64,000 bases of DNA from Phycisphaerales bacterium (GTDB taxonomy: Bacteria; Planctomycetota; Phycisphaerae; Phycisphaerales; SM1A02). Location of the stretch: the NCBI GenBank assembly GCA_051004555.1, contig JBPCKF010000106.1, positions 3,683 through 67,682 of the forward strand, in the 5' to 3' direction. The position numbers were made by a program, and so were the translations under genes. This document shows, piece after piece, positions 35,784 through 44,461 of this stretch (position 1 is the first letter of the stretch; each line of letters opens with the position of its first letter). Under the pieces are notes generated by a model, which had not been told where the DNA came from, made no database searches, and saw nothing but the letters and a program-made list of their open reading frames with translations.

Positions 35784-36266
35784 GCGCCACTTCGCATGAT
35801 GACTGCGCCATTTCGCACAAGGGCTGCGCCACTTCGCAAAGCGGAAGCATCATTTCGCAAAGCGGAATCGCCACTTCGCTCAGCGGCTGTGGCGCTTTGC
35901 CCCGCGAGCGTGTTCTTTTGCCCAGTGGATGCCGCCCTTTGTCCAGTCAGCGCGCCCGTGAGCGAAAGGAACGCGCCCCTGAGCACAATGACAGCGCCCT
36001 TAAGCGCAGCGATGGGATCCTCTGGCACAATCAAGGCGCGTAGATACGGAGCGGAACTGTTCAGATCGACAGCAGAGGGTCTGCTGGGCAAAAGGGCGGG
36101 CCCGCAGGACAACAGGATTGACGCACTGGGCAAAAGGACACACCCGCCGGGCAAAAGGATGCGGGCATTGCGCAAAGGGGCGCGAGCGCTGGACAAGGTC
36201 GCGCGAGCATTGTTTCAAGTGGCGCAAACGCTGGACACCCGCGTGACATTCTGAGCGACGCGACAG
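35784..36266. repeat. about 23 perfectly phased, degenerate 21-bp tandem units
   Basis: gcgccacttcgcatgatgact / gcgccatttcgcacaagggct / gcgccacttcgcaaagcggaa / gcatcatttcgcaaagcggaa / tcgccacttcgctcagcggct / ... / ctgggcaaaaggacacacccg / ccgggcaaaaggatgcgggca / ttgcgcaaaggggcgcgagcg / ctggacaaggtcgcgcgagca. The 21-nt register is kept throughout. Confidence 0.8.
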
Positions 36267-36304
36267 GCTGATCTGGCCTTTCGCATCGTTCATTCAGTCT
36301 CATA

Positions 36305-37228
36305 TCAACGGCTGTCGAGCACAATCTCCGCCATTTGCTGCAGTTGCCCGACGAGTTCCTTCGTCGGCACATCGACGTGAAAATCAGGCAGGGCGTCTGC
36401 ATCGCCCTGAAAGAGCAGCGGCACGGGGACACCTTCAATCGAAACCTTGTAAACACCGATCTTTTGGCGCGCGTGATCTTCAACCACAAAGAGTACATCA
36501 TCTTCCAGCAGCGACTTCCAGCCTTCGATCCGGCCGATGCGACGATGTCGATCTTCAGGGACTGAATAGACATCGCCGTTGTCGTTGTCGATCAGGTAGA
36601 GATGATCAGCAGCACGCATGACACGGAACGGACCTTCGAGTGTTGTCTCGACGCGGGCCTTTTCGATCCATGCATCATCTTCGGGGCGATTGTGTGTCCA
36701 GTGATAGAGGCTGCCGTCGTTGACAGCGAAGACTGAGAGGTCATCCCCTTCGAGGAAAATGCAGTCGATGTAGATTTCCCAGTCAAGGATGTTGGCACGG
36801 CCATAGGTATCAATCATGTCTTCGACGGGTTGCAATTGACGGTGCGAGTTCGCCGACCATTCAAAAATCCTTTGCTGTGCGTCTCGGTCAAGCGGACCGC
36901 GTTGTGCAGATCGCGAGAATCGCAGGCTGTCATCGATTGGGAAGCGACGCGTCGCTGATCCCCACTGCCAACCGTTCATTGGACGGCGCATCCCTGCGTA
37001 GTAGAACTCGCTGTTGACGATGCCCCAAATGCACGGGCCAGTGCGGTCGTAAAAATGACCGCCTTTGGACTTCAGCGGTGCGGAATCAACGAACGCCCAC
37101 ATTGCTGCGGTCATTCGTTCCTGGTTGATGACGAGCGTGAGCAGTTCGCCAGCTTCGGTGATTGCTGCTTCGGTGATTTGCGGTGGCGCGGACAACAATG
37201 AGGCGACGGTGAGCAGTTCAAAGATCAT
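36305..37228 (-). CDS. hypothetical protein with hydrophobic N-terminus
   Basis: 307-aa ORF with protein-like composition. N-terminal MIFELLTVASLLSAPPQI. No family recognised. Confidence 0.55.
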   Translation of the reverse strand: MIFELLTVASLLSAPPQITEAAITEAGELLTLVINQERMTAAMWAFVDSAPLKSKGGHFYDRTGPCIWGIVNSEFYYAGMRRPMNGWQWGSATRRFPIDDSLRFSRSAQRGPLDRDAQQRIFEWSANSHRQLQPVEDMIDTYGRANILDWEIYIDCIFLEGDDLSVFAVNDGSLYHWTHNRPEDDAWIEKARVETTLEGPFRVMRAADHLYLIDNDNGDVYSVPEDRHRRIGRIEGWKSLLEDDVLFVVEDHARQKIGVYKVSIEGVPVPLLFQGDADALPDFHVDVPTKELVGQLQQMAEIVLDSR

Positions 37229-37255
37229 ATTGAGTACCTCTGGCAGAAAACATGT

Positions 37256-38705
37256 TCAAAGATCGGTCTGGGTGACTTTCAGTTGGTTGCCGGGGGGATT
37301 GCTTCGCAGGATCAGCGCCGGGGCATTCTCGACAAACTCTGGATTCGCATCGATATCACCATCCAAATCGAGATCGCAATTGACTTGAAGTTCCTCCAAT
37401 GAAAGTCCCTGACTCTGCGCGGTCACCCCGAACTGCAGGGCGTACCCCCAGAGGGCCTGACTCTCAAAGCTTGCAGCAATGTCGTCGCCCGGCCCTGCGA
37501 CGCCATACGGCGGCGTTCCATATGAGGGGTCGAAGAGTTTGTCGCCAACGACAACCAGCCGGTGGAAAACGAAGAGAGATGCCGGGTCGATTGTGTTCTG
37601 ACCGGACACTCCCGAGATGTCCAGAACATCCTCATGACAGAAGTCATACAGGTTGTCATCCACACGTTGGTCAAATTTGAACCAGCCGCCATGGGGGACA
37701 TTGAGATATGGCCATTCGAGGGACAGCGACGGATCTGGATTGCTCTGCATACCAGGAGCGGCCCAGGTGTTGACTAGAAACCAGGCACCTGCTCCATACA
37801 AGTTCGGGCTGTATATCGGGCGCACATCGACCAGTTCATCCTCGGGATTCACACCGACCGCATGCATGCACCGCGCAAAAAGCTCAGCCCAGGCTGTGCA
37901 TTGGCCGTCGAAATGTTGCAGCAAATCAGGTGCTGTCACATTCACCGTTTCCCATTCCCGATAGTAAGCGAGCGGCTGCGCTGGGCCTTTCAGTTCGAGA
38001 CGGTCCTGAGCGCGTGTCACATTGCCTGCCTGGAACTCACCATAGATCGCAGTTGCGATGGATTCGAAGTTCGCGGATATGAAAGGATCCCACCCCCTTG
38101 GCACGGCGGCAGCCGATATCAATGTAGGTGTAGTACAGAATCGGCAAGTCGCCATTATCACCAATGAAGTGGATGTCATGCTTGCTCGTTCCGAGCGTAT
38201 ACACATCGGGCGGACCGGGAGTCGCGGGATCGTCGACCTCCAGCGACCAGGAAATCGGATGCTTCTCCCACCAGTCGATTGTACTCGGGCTCGGGATTGA
38301 GCCCGTGAATCCAGGCGCGATAATCAACCATTCGCCATTATCGGGAAGCGCAATGACGCTTGTCGATGTGAATGTAGTGCCGCCACTTGTCCCGACGATC
38401 GTCCCATGTTGTGTATTGAACCAGTTGGTCTGAACACTTCGGACGAAGACAGTTGAAATGTGCACGTCAGCGCCGATGCTGTAGCAGATAGGAGCGCGGT
38501 CATCACCCAGCGCAAAGTCATCAGCATCGCCATCCAGGTTGGCATCCACCCAGGCTTTGGAATAGACCGCACTGAAATCGTCCTTCACCACGGTGTGAAT
38601 GCCCGGACCATCAAAGCTGACCTGGTGAAGCCTTGGATCAGGCACAACCTGTGCGTGTGCACTGCCGACCGTCAGGAGAAGCGCGAAAAATGTCAGCCTA
38701 TGCAT
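37256..38705 (-). pseudogene. secreted protein with DxDxDG calcium-binding-like motifs and a tentative transglutaminase/papain-like Cys-His-Asp core, split by a frameshift at a G5 run
   Basis: Track ORFs 38037..38720 and 37256..38206 overlap by 170 nt in different frames. Sensible sequence switches at ...YYTYIDIGCRRAKG | WDPFISANFESIA, across ccaagggggtggg (C5 on the + strand, 38093-38097). Signal peptide MHRLTFFALLLTVGSAHA. DANLDGDADDF and DLDLDGDIDA motifs. GQCTAWAELFARCMHAVGV ... FHRLVVVGDKLFDPSYG. Confidence 0.55.
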
Positions 38706-39051
38706 CGTGGAGCACCCCATAGAAGCCTGTCAACGATCTGTCCCTGACCACAATAACGATTTACGCGCATACTGTCAAGTGCATTCTATGATTTGGCTTT
38801 TGGCGTCCTCACGCTCACGGGAGAACTCTTGAAAGAGGTTGAGCGCCTTGGAGCGAGGCCCCCCCGCGCTCGACTGCCCCTCGCACCTGAACCGAAAATC
38901 ACGCCCTTTTTCAGATTTCTCATTTCAGTGGCTGCACAGTCGGTCCGAATGATGCAGATAACAAAGTTCACGGTTGTTCGTGGGCTGCACCCGATGGGCA
39001 TCTCTCTTCATCCGACGAGATGCTTTCCCTTCCGTTACAGGAGATACAGTC

Positions 39052-39711
39052 ATGGATTATATTCCAGGCAAGGATGCTGATGCGCTCATCTGGATGCGCG
39101 CGTTTGCGAATGTCATTTCTGCCAGCCCATCGACCTATCAGCTCGTTCCTCCTGATGGGGTCATGCTGAGCACTGCTGTTGATGAATTTGAGACAGCCCT
39201 GCAGACCGCGAATACGCAGAGCACTCGTACGCCGGGTGCGATTCAGACCAAGGATACCAAGCGCAATGCTGCTGAGACTCTGTGTCGTCAGTATGCTGTT
39301 CAGATCAAGTACAACAATGCGATCAGCGACACCGCCAAGATTGACCTGGGCGTGCGTCCTGTGAATGAATCGCGCGAGCCGGTGTACTGTCCGCAGAGTT
39401 CGCCACTGTTGAGCATTACCGCTGCGACGCCTGGTGCACAAACGCTGCGGTATGCAGATTCTCTGAATCCGACGACTGCCGGCAAGCCGTTCGGAGCAGC
39501 AGCGCTGCAACTGTTCATGTACGTTGGCGATGAAGCGACCACGAACGAAGATCAGGCCCAGTTTGTCGGCCTCTTTACACGCAATCCCGTGGCAGTCACG
39601 TTTGACCCGGCTGATGACGGCAAAGTCGCGACCTTCTTTGCACGCTGGTCGGGCGGTCGTGGCGACACCGGCAACTGGTCGCTCCCAACCTCTATGCGCA
39701 TCGCGGCCTGA
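39052..39711 (+). CDS. hypothetical protein (helical N-terminal half, beta-sandwich-like C-terminal half)
   Basis: AGGAG lies 9 nt before ATG 39052. C-terminal ...GKVATFFARWSGGRGDTGNWSLPTSMRI. No family named with confidence. Confidence 0.55.
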   Translation: MDYIPGKDADALIWMRAFANVISASPSTYQLVPPDGVMLSTAVDEFETALQTANTQSTRTPGAIQTKDTKRNAAETLCRQYAVQIKYNNAISDTAKIDLGVRPVNESREPVYCPQSSPLLSITAATPGAQTLRYADSLNPTTAGKPFGAAALQLFMYVGDEATTNEDQAQFVGLFTRNPVAVTFDPADDGKVATFFARWSGGRGDTGNWSLPTSMRIAA

Positions 39712-39760
39712 GCAGGCACCGCATTCTGTTTTTACACTCATTCAGTAAAGGTTTTTTCCA

Positions 39761-40117
39761 ATGTCTTCAGCAAGTCCACTGACGCGCACTCAGCGCAACC
39801 GTCGTCCTCGCCGCGAGAATCAACCCATCAATCAGCCCGATCTTGCAACACCCGTGTTCATCACAAGTGTTGCGCCCGCGGGCACCAATGTGACACTGAC
39901 ATTCGATCAGTCAGTTTCGCTCAATGGCACTCCTGCGTTCACCACCGATGTTGCAGGCGCGACTGTGGTGTCTGCGAGCCAGAGTTCGCCGAATGTGGTG
40001 GTGCTGACGTTCAGCGCGGATGTGTCGCTTGCTTCGCAAGTGAACATTCCGCCCCGTGATGAAGCGATTCGTGGCAGCCGTGGCGGGTATGTCACAGCGA
40101 CAGTTGTGCTGGTGTGA
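39761..40117 (+). CDS. hypothetical small protein with basic N-terminus and Ig/beta-sandwich-like body
   Basis: MSSASPLTRTQRNRRPRRENQ followed by alternating beta-like TNVTLTFDQSVSLNG...VVVLTFSADVSL. Confidence 0.45.
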   Translation: MSSASPLTRTQRNRRPRRENQPINQPDLATPVFITSVAPAGTNVTLTFDQSVSLNGTPAFTTDVAGATVVSASQSSPNVVVLTFSADVSLASQVNIPPRDEAIRGSRGGYVTATVVLV

Positions 40118-40146
40118 CACTGCCAGTTGGCAACATTCAGTGTTTC

Positions 40147-40215
40147 GAAACTGACAGAAGTCAGGGGAGATGGTCAGGCCGCATGGTGCTGGTCATCTTC
40201 CCTGCTCTGTCAGTT
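40147..40215. terminator. long imperfect hairpin between convergent genes
   Basis: aaactgacaga (40147-40157) pairs perfectly with tctgtcagttt (40205-40215). The inner gggagatg / catcttccc also pairs. It sits between the stop of 39761..40117 and the stop of hppA. Confidence 0.5.
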
Positions 40216-40254
40216 TGATGTCTTTGTATCGCAACACACATGGTGTGCGTCCGC

Positions 40255-42849
40255 TTACACCACGCCGTACTTCACGACGAGTCCTGCGAAGACGACTGAG
40301 ACGATCGCGATCAGTTTGATGAGGATGTTCAGAGCGGGGCCGGAGGTGTCCTTGAAGGGATCGCCAACGGTATCGCCCACGACGCCAGCTTTGTGAGCGT
40401 CGGAACCCTTGCCGCCGTGATGTCCTTTTTCGATGTACTTCTTGGCGTTGTCCCATGCGCCGCCAGCGTTGGCCATGAAGATCGCCACTGCAAAGCCGGA
40501 GGTGAGGCCGCCGACCAGCATTCCCATCACGCCGCCGACGCCGAGGATCAGGCCGACCACAACCGGGACGACAATCGCAAGCAGTGATGGCGCGATCATT
40601 TCCTTCTGCGCCCCTGCGGTCGAGATGGCGACGCACTCTGCATAGTCGGGATAGGTCGTGCCGCCCGTTTCGACCTGCATTGGCCACTTGTTGGGGTCAG
40701 CAATATCAGCCTCGCTCATGCCACCCTTGCGGAATGCATCTTTCATGATGGCAAACTGTCTGCGGCACTCGTTCATCATTGCAAAGGCTGCCCGTCCGAC
40801 AGCCTGCATCGTGAGTGCACAGAATACGAACGCAAGCAGCACGCCAATGAAGACGCCGCCCAGCACGCGCGGATTCATGAGATTGACGTCGTAATAGTCG
40901 AGCACCTGCGCGATACTCATGCGATCAGTGGGAACGATCTCAAACTCATGCTCGTGCCCGTGATCGCCATGCGAGAGCTCCCACTCGATTGCCAGCGAGC
41001 GTTTGTCGTTGTTCCAGTGCGCTGAGAAGCCGCCCGGAATGGTCTGGTTTGCAAACTCCGCATCAAAATCGCGTGTGGTGGCAGGGCTGGCCAGCAACAC
41101 GCCGCCAAACTTGGCTTCCGCTGCGCCTGCATCATTGAGACGAACGAGCGAAAACTGTCCGTTGCCGAGATAGCGGGCTGCGATGCGGCGGTCACTTGCA
41201 TCCTGCTGCGTGATCGAGCCCGTCTCTGAGACGATCGCTGCTGCAGTCGCATCATCAGGCGTGGTCTGTTTGTCAAGGGCGGTCGCAACCACCGAGACAT
41301 ACGCAGCCAAGAGCGCAAGAGCGGTGAGCGCTGCGGAGCCGATTGCGAAACCCTTGCCTGTTGCAGCGGTGGTATTGCCCAGCGAGTCGAGCATGTCAGT
41401 GCGTTCGCGAACAAAGGCGGGCTGGCCGGTCATTTCCGCGTTGCCACCTGCGTTGTCTGCGATGGGGCCATATGCATCGGTGGCCAGGGTGATACCAAGT
41501 GTCGAAAGCATGCCCACGGCTGCGATGCCAACGCCATACAGACCAAGCAGGAAGTTGTCTTCCCCACCTGCGAAGGTGAACGCAAGCAGGATTGCAATGA
41601 CGACAGTTGCAATAGGCGCCCATGTCGAAATCATGCCGACCGCGGTGCCTGCGATAATCACGGTTGCAGGGCCGGTTTCCGCCTGCTTGGCGATCATCTG
41701 CGTTGGCTTGTGTTCGTAGCTGGTGTAGTACTCAGTAAAGAACGCAATCACGAGACCAGCGATAAGGCCAGTCGCGATCGCGCCAAAGACACCCCAGCCG
41801 TTGACTTCGGGAACATCCTTGAAAAGGAGCCAGAACAGGCCAGCAGCGCCAAGGACGACAAATGCTGATGCGACCCAGACACCCATGTGCAGGCCCTTGA
41901 GCAACTGACTGAACGTTGCATCTTCTTTGGCCCGCACGACGAACACACCGATGAGCGAGCAGACGATGCCGATGCCTGCCAGCGCCATCGGCGCAACTGC
42001 GAGTTTCATTGCAAGGGCAGCCTGTTCCGCAGCCCCGACCATGTTCATGCCGAATGCAGCGGCTGCGCCCAGGGCCATGGTTGCGAGGATCGAACCGTAA
42101 TAACTTTCGTAGAGGTCTGCGCCCATGCCTGCCACGTCGCCAACGTTGTCGCCAACGTTGTCTGCAATGGTTGCGGGGTTACGAGCATCATCTTCGGGAA
42201 TACCTGCTTCGACTTTGCCGACGAGGTCAGCCCCGACGTCTGCTGCTTTGGTGTAGATGCCGCCGCCGACACGCGCGAAGAGCGCCTGCGTTGAAGCGCC
42301 CATGCCATAGCTGAGCATGACTGTTGTGATCTCGACAAGTCCCATGCCTTCGCCGATGACGGTGTTCCACAGGTAGAACCAGATCGAGACGTCAAGCAGA
42401 GCAAAGCCGACGACGACCAGCCCCATGACAGCACCAGCCCGGAACGCAACCGTCAAACCATCATTGAGCGAGTTCTTGGCTGCGAAGGTTGTGCGCGCCG
42501 ACGCATTGGTCGCCATCTTCATGCCGAACCAGCCGCACAATCCCGAGAACAACCCTGCAATGGGAACACCAACAGCCGACCAGATTGGTTGGACACCCAT
42601 CAGGCCAAGCACGATGAGCACAGCCACGAGCACAACAAACACAACGAACACAACTTTGTACTGCCGCTTCAGGTACGCCATCGCGCCGTCGCGCACTGCC
42701 TGAGCAATGCGCACCATCTCTGCATCACCTTCCGAGCGGCTCATGACGGTACGGCTGAAACCGAACGCCATGATCAGCGCAAGCACCGCCCCGATCGGAG
42801 CGATGTACCAGATGGAAGGGATATCAACTGCGATTGTGAGAAGATTCAC
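40255..42849 (-). CDS. hppA: membrane-bound proton/sodium-translocating pyrophosphatase
   Basis: GGGIYTKAADVGADLVGKVE, DNVGDNVGD, AYGPIADNAGG, GDTVGDPFKDTSGP. At 864 aa it is longer than usual because of an internal insert. Confidence 0.95.
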   Translation of the reverse strand: MNLLTIAVDIPSIWYIAPIGAVLALIMAFGFSRTVMSRSEGDAEMVRIAQAVRDGAMAYLKRQYKVVFVVFVVLVAVLIVLGLMGVQPIWSAVGVPIAGLFSGLCGWFGMKMATNASARTTFAAKNSLNDGLTVAFRAGAVMGLVVVGFALLDVSIWFYLWNTVIGEGMGLVEITTVMLSYGMGASTQALFARVGGGIYTKAADVGADLVGKVEAGIPEDDARNPATIADNVGDNVGDVAGMGADLYESYYGSILATMALGAAAAFGMNMVGAAEQAALAMKLAVAPMALAGIGIVCSLIGVFVVRAKEDATFSQLLKGLHMGVWVASAFVVLGAAGLFWLLFKDVPEVNGWGVFGAIATGLIAGLVIAFFTEYYTSYEHKPTQMIAKQAETGPATVIIAGTAVGMISTWAPIATVVIAILLAFTFAGGEDNFLLGLYGVGIAAVGMLSTLGITLATDAYGPIADNAGGNAEMTGQPAFVRERTDMLDSLGNTTAATGKGFAIGSAALTALALLAAYVSVVATALDKQTTPDDATAAAIVSETGSITQQDASDRRIAARYLGNGQFSLVRLNDAGAAEAKFGGVLLASPATTRDFDAEFANQTIPGGFSAHWNNDKRSLAIEWELSHGDHGHEHEFEIVPTDRMSIAQVLDYYDVNLMNPRVLGGVFIGVLLAFVFCALTMQAVGRAAFAMMNECRRQFAIMKDAFRKGGMSEADIADPNKWPMQVETGGTTYPDYAECVAISTAGAQKEMIAPSLLAIVVPVVVGLILGVGGVMGMLVGGLTSGFAVAIFMANAGGAWDNAKKYIEKGHHGGKGSDAHKAGVVGDTVGDPFKDTSGPALNILIKLIAIVSVVFAGLVVKYGVV

Positions 42850-42999
42850 GATGTGTCCTCATGCTGCAGAAACAGGTGTTGATCCAGCCTCAACAGCTGG
42901 AGCGTTGATTGAAAACATTCGTCCGCCAACACTCTGGCGAACGGTGTACAACTCTTTCTTCCCCACATGCGTCCCACGACGGCCACATTCCAAGCGGGG

Positions 43000-43197
43000 T
43001 CAGGGCAGAGGCAGGCCGGTCTTGGTCACGCGCAACTCAGCCTTGCGCTTGGCGCGACGATTGCGCTCCGAGGGCTTCTCGAAGTATTGCCGCTTCTTGA
43101 TGTCTTTGGTGAGCCCTTCCTTTTCGCAAAGCTTCTTGAAGCGTCGCAACATCTGCTCGACTGACTCACCACCACGTGACTTGATTCGGATCGCCAT
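43000..43197 (-). CDS. rpsU: 30S ribosomal protein S21
   Basis: MAIRIKSRGGESVEQMLRRFKKLCEKEGLTKDIKKRQYFEKPSERNRR. Start trimmed from the longer track ORF. Confidence 0.9.
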   Translation of the reverse strand: MAIRIKSRGGESVEQMLRRFKKLCEKEGLTKDIKKRQYFEKPSERNRRAKRKAELRVTKTGLPLP

Positions 43198-43356
43198 GCA
43201 ACTCCGGTCCTTGCTTGATTGTGGAACGAAAAACAGTGCAGAAATGCCAACCAGTTGGCTGCCCGCTGCCGGGTACCCCTGCGAGCACCTAGTAAAGCAC
43301 CGGTCGGCCCACAGGGCAAGTGGCCGCCAGCACTTCTTGAACAACCTCGACACCCG

Positions 43357-44388
43357 TCATCGTCGCAACGCCGATTCACCTTCTCCCTCCAGGATCCGCT
43401 GCATTTCCTCATCCGTCATCCACGGCAATGCTTCCAGTTTGGCGCGTAATCGTTTGGGAAAGGGCTTGCCCTCTCGTTCATGGCGGGGACGACTCTTCCA
43501 TCGCCGATGCACCCAGAGATACTGTTCCGGAGCCATCCGCACCATCGACTCGATGGCGCGGTTGTAACGGGCGGTGATATAAAAGATCGGATCGGGCTGA
43601 TGCAGCCAGTCGTCTGGTTCGATGATGTCTGCCAGGTGCAGGCGGTATTTGAAATAGTTTCCCAGCCGCATGGCCATGCCTGCAACGATGGGAACGCGAT
43701 AGCGCATCGCCAGGAGCGCGATGGATTTGTAACTTGAAGCCAGGCGCCCGAAGAACGGCGTGAAGAGGCCGCGATCTCCTGCATTCTGATCCGCAACAAA
43801 GGCGACGTACCCACCTGTGCGAACGACGCTTTGAATGATCTGCATCGAGCCGAACTTGCTGAGCACATGCATGCCGCGCGCTTCCCGCTGCTTCACCAGC
43901 CAGTCGTTGAGCAGAGGATTGTCCAGCGGCCGCGCCAGCCCCCAGATGGGATAGCCAAGCACACCCAGAAGCGAGCCCAGCAGCTCCCAGTTGCCACAGT
44001 GACCGGTGATCATAATCGCTGGGCGGTTGCGCAGAAGCAGATCGATCACCGGCTGAACATTTCCCATCTCGACGTAACCTGGCCATGCGTCTGCGGTGAT
44101 CAGTTTGGGGGCAGCGATGGAGTCGACCAGAAACAGCTGAATCATGTGCTGATACGACTGCTCCACGATTTCAGCAGCGCGGGCCTCATCGACGTCGGGC
44201 AGACACCATCGTACATTCTCGATGGCGCGTTTGCGGCGGCCGCCATTGATGTCGTGCACGATCGAACCCAGTCGAGCGCCAATTTCGAGATTGCGGTTCT
44301 CGCTGAAACTGTGCGCGAATCCCATTACGCCCCGCGCCAGCAGGTATTGACTGATGTTGGCAAGAAACGACTGCTTCCCCATCGGCAC
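43357..44388 (-). CDS. lipid A biosynthesis (Kdo2-lipid IVA) acyltransferase family protein, LpxL/HtrB-like
   Basis: TGHCGNWELLG (HxxxxE-type acyltransferase motif) and VADQNAG. It has a ~50-aa basic C-terminal extension. Confidence 0.75.
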   Translation of the reverse strand: MPMGKQSFLANISQYLLARGVMGFAHSFSENRNLEIGARLGSIVHDINGGRRKRAIENVRWCLPDVDEARAAEIVEQSYQHMIQLFLVDSIAAPKLITADAWPGYVEMGNVQPVIDLLLRNRPAIMITGHCGNWELLGSLLGVLGYPIWGLARPLDNPLLNDWLVKQREARGMHVLSKFGSMQIIQSVVRTGGYVAFVADQNAGDRGLFTPFFGRLASSYKSIALLAMRYRVPIVAGMAMRLGNYFKYRLHLADIIEPDDWLHQPDPIFYITARYNRAIESMVRMAPEQYLWVHRRWKSRPRHEREGKPFPKRLRAKLEALPWMTDEEMQRILEGEGESALRR

Positions 44389-44394
44389 TCCGCA

Positions 44395-44440
44395 GAAAGA
44401 AAAGGCCGCAGGAAAAGAAATCTCCTGCGGCCTTTTTTGG
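44395..44440 (-). terminator. rho-independent (bidirectional) terminator
   Basis: ggccgcagg / cctgcggcc stem flanked by agaaagaaaa and ttttttgg. It lies 20-60 nt downstream of the stop of the 44462..45835 gene. Confidence 0.7.
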
Positions 44441-44461
44441 TTTGAATAACGGTGTCAGGCG

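Noticed and set aside
35784-36266. Could the 21-bp array, or the one at 16566-16649, be a CRISPR array?
   Set aside because: The units abut one another with no unique spacers, are highly degenerate, and are only 21 nt long. No cas genes are in the window.
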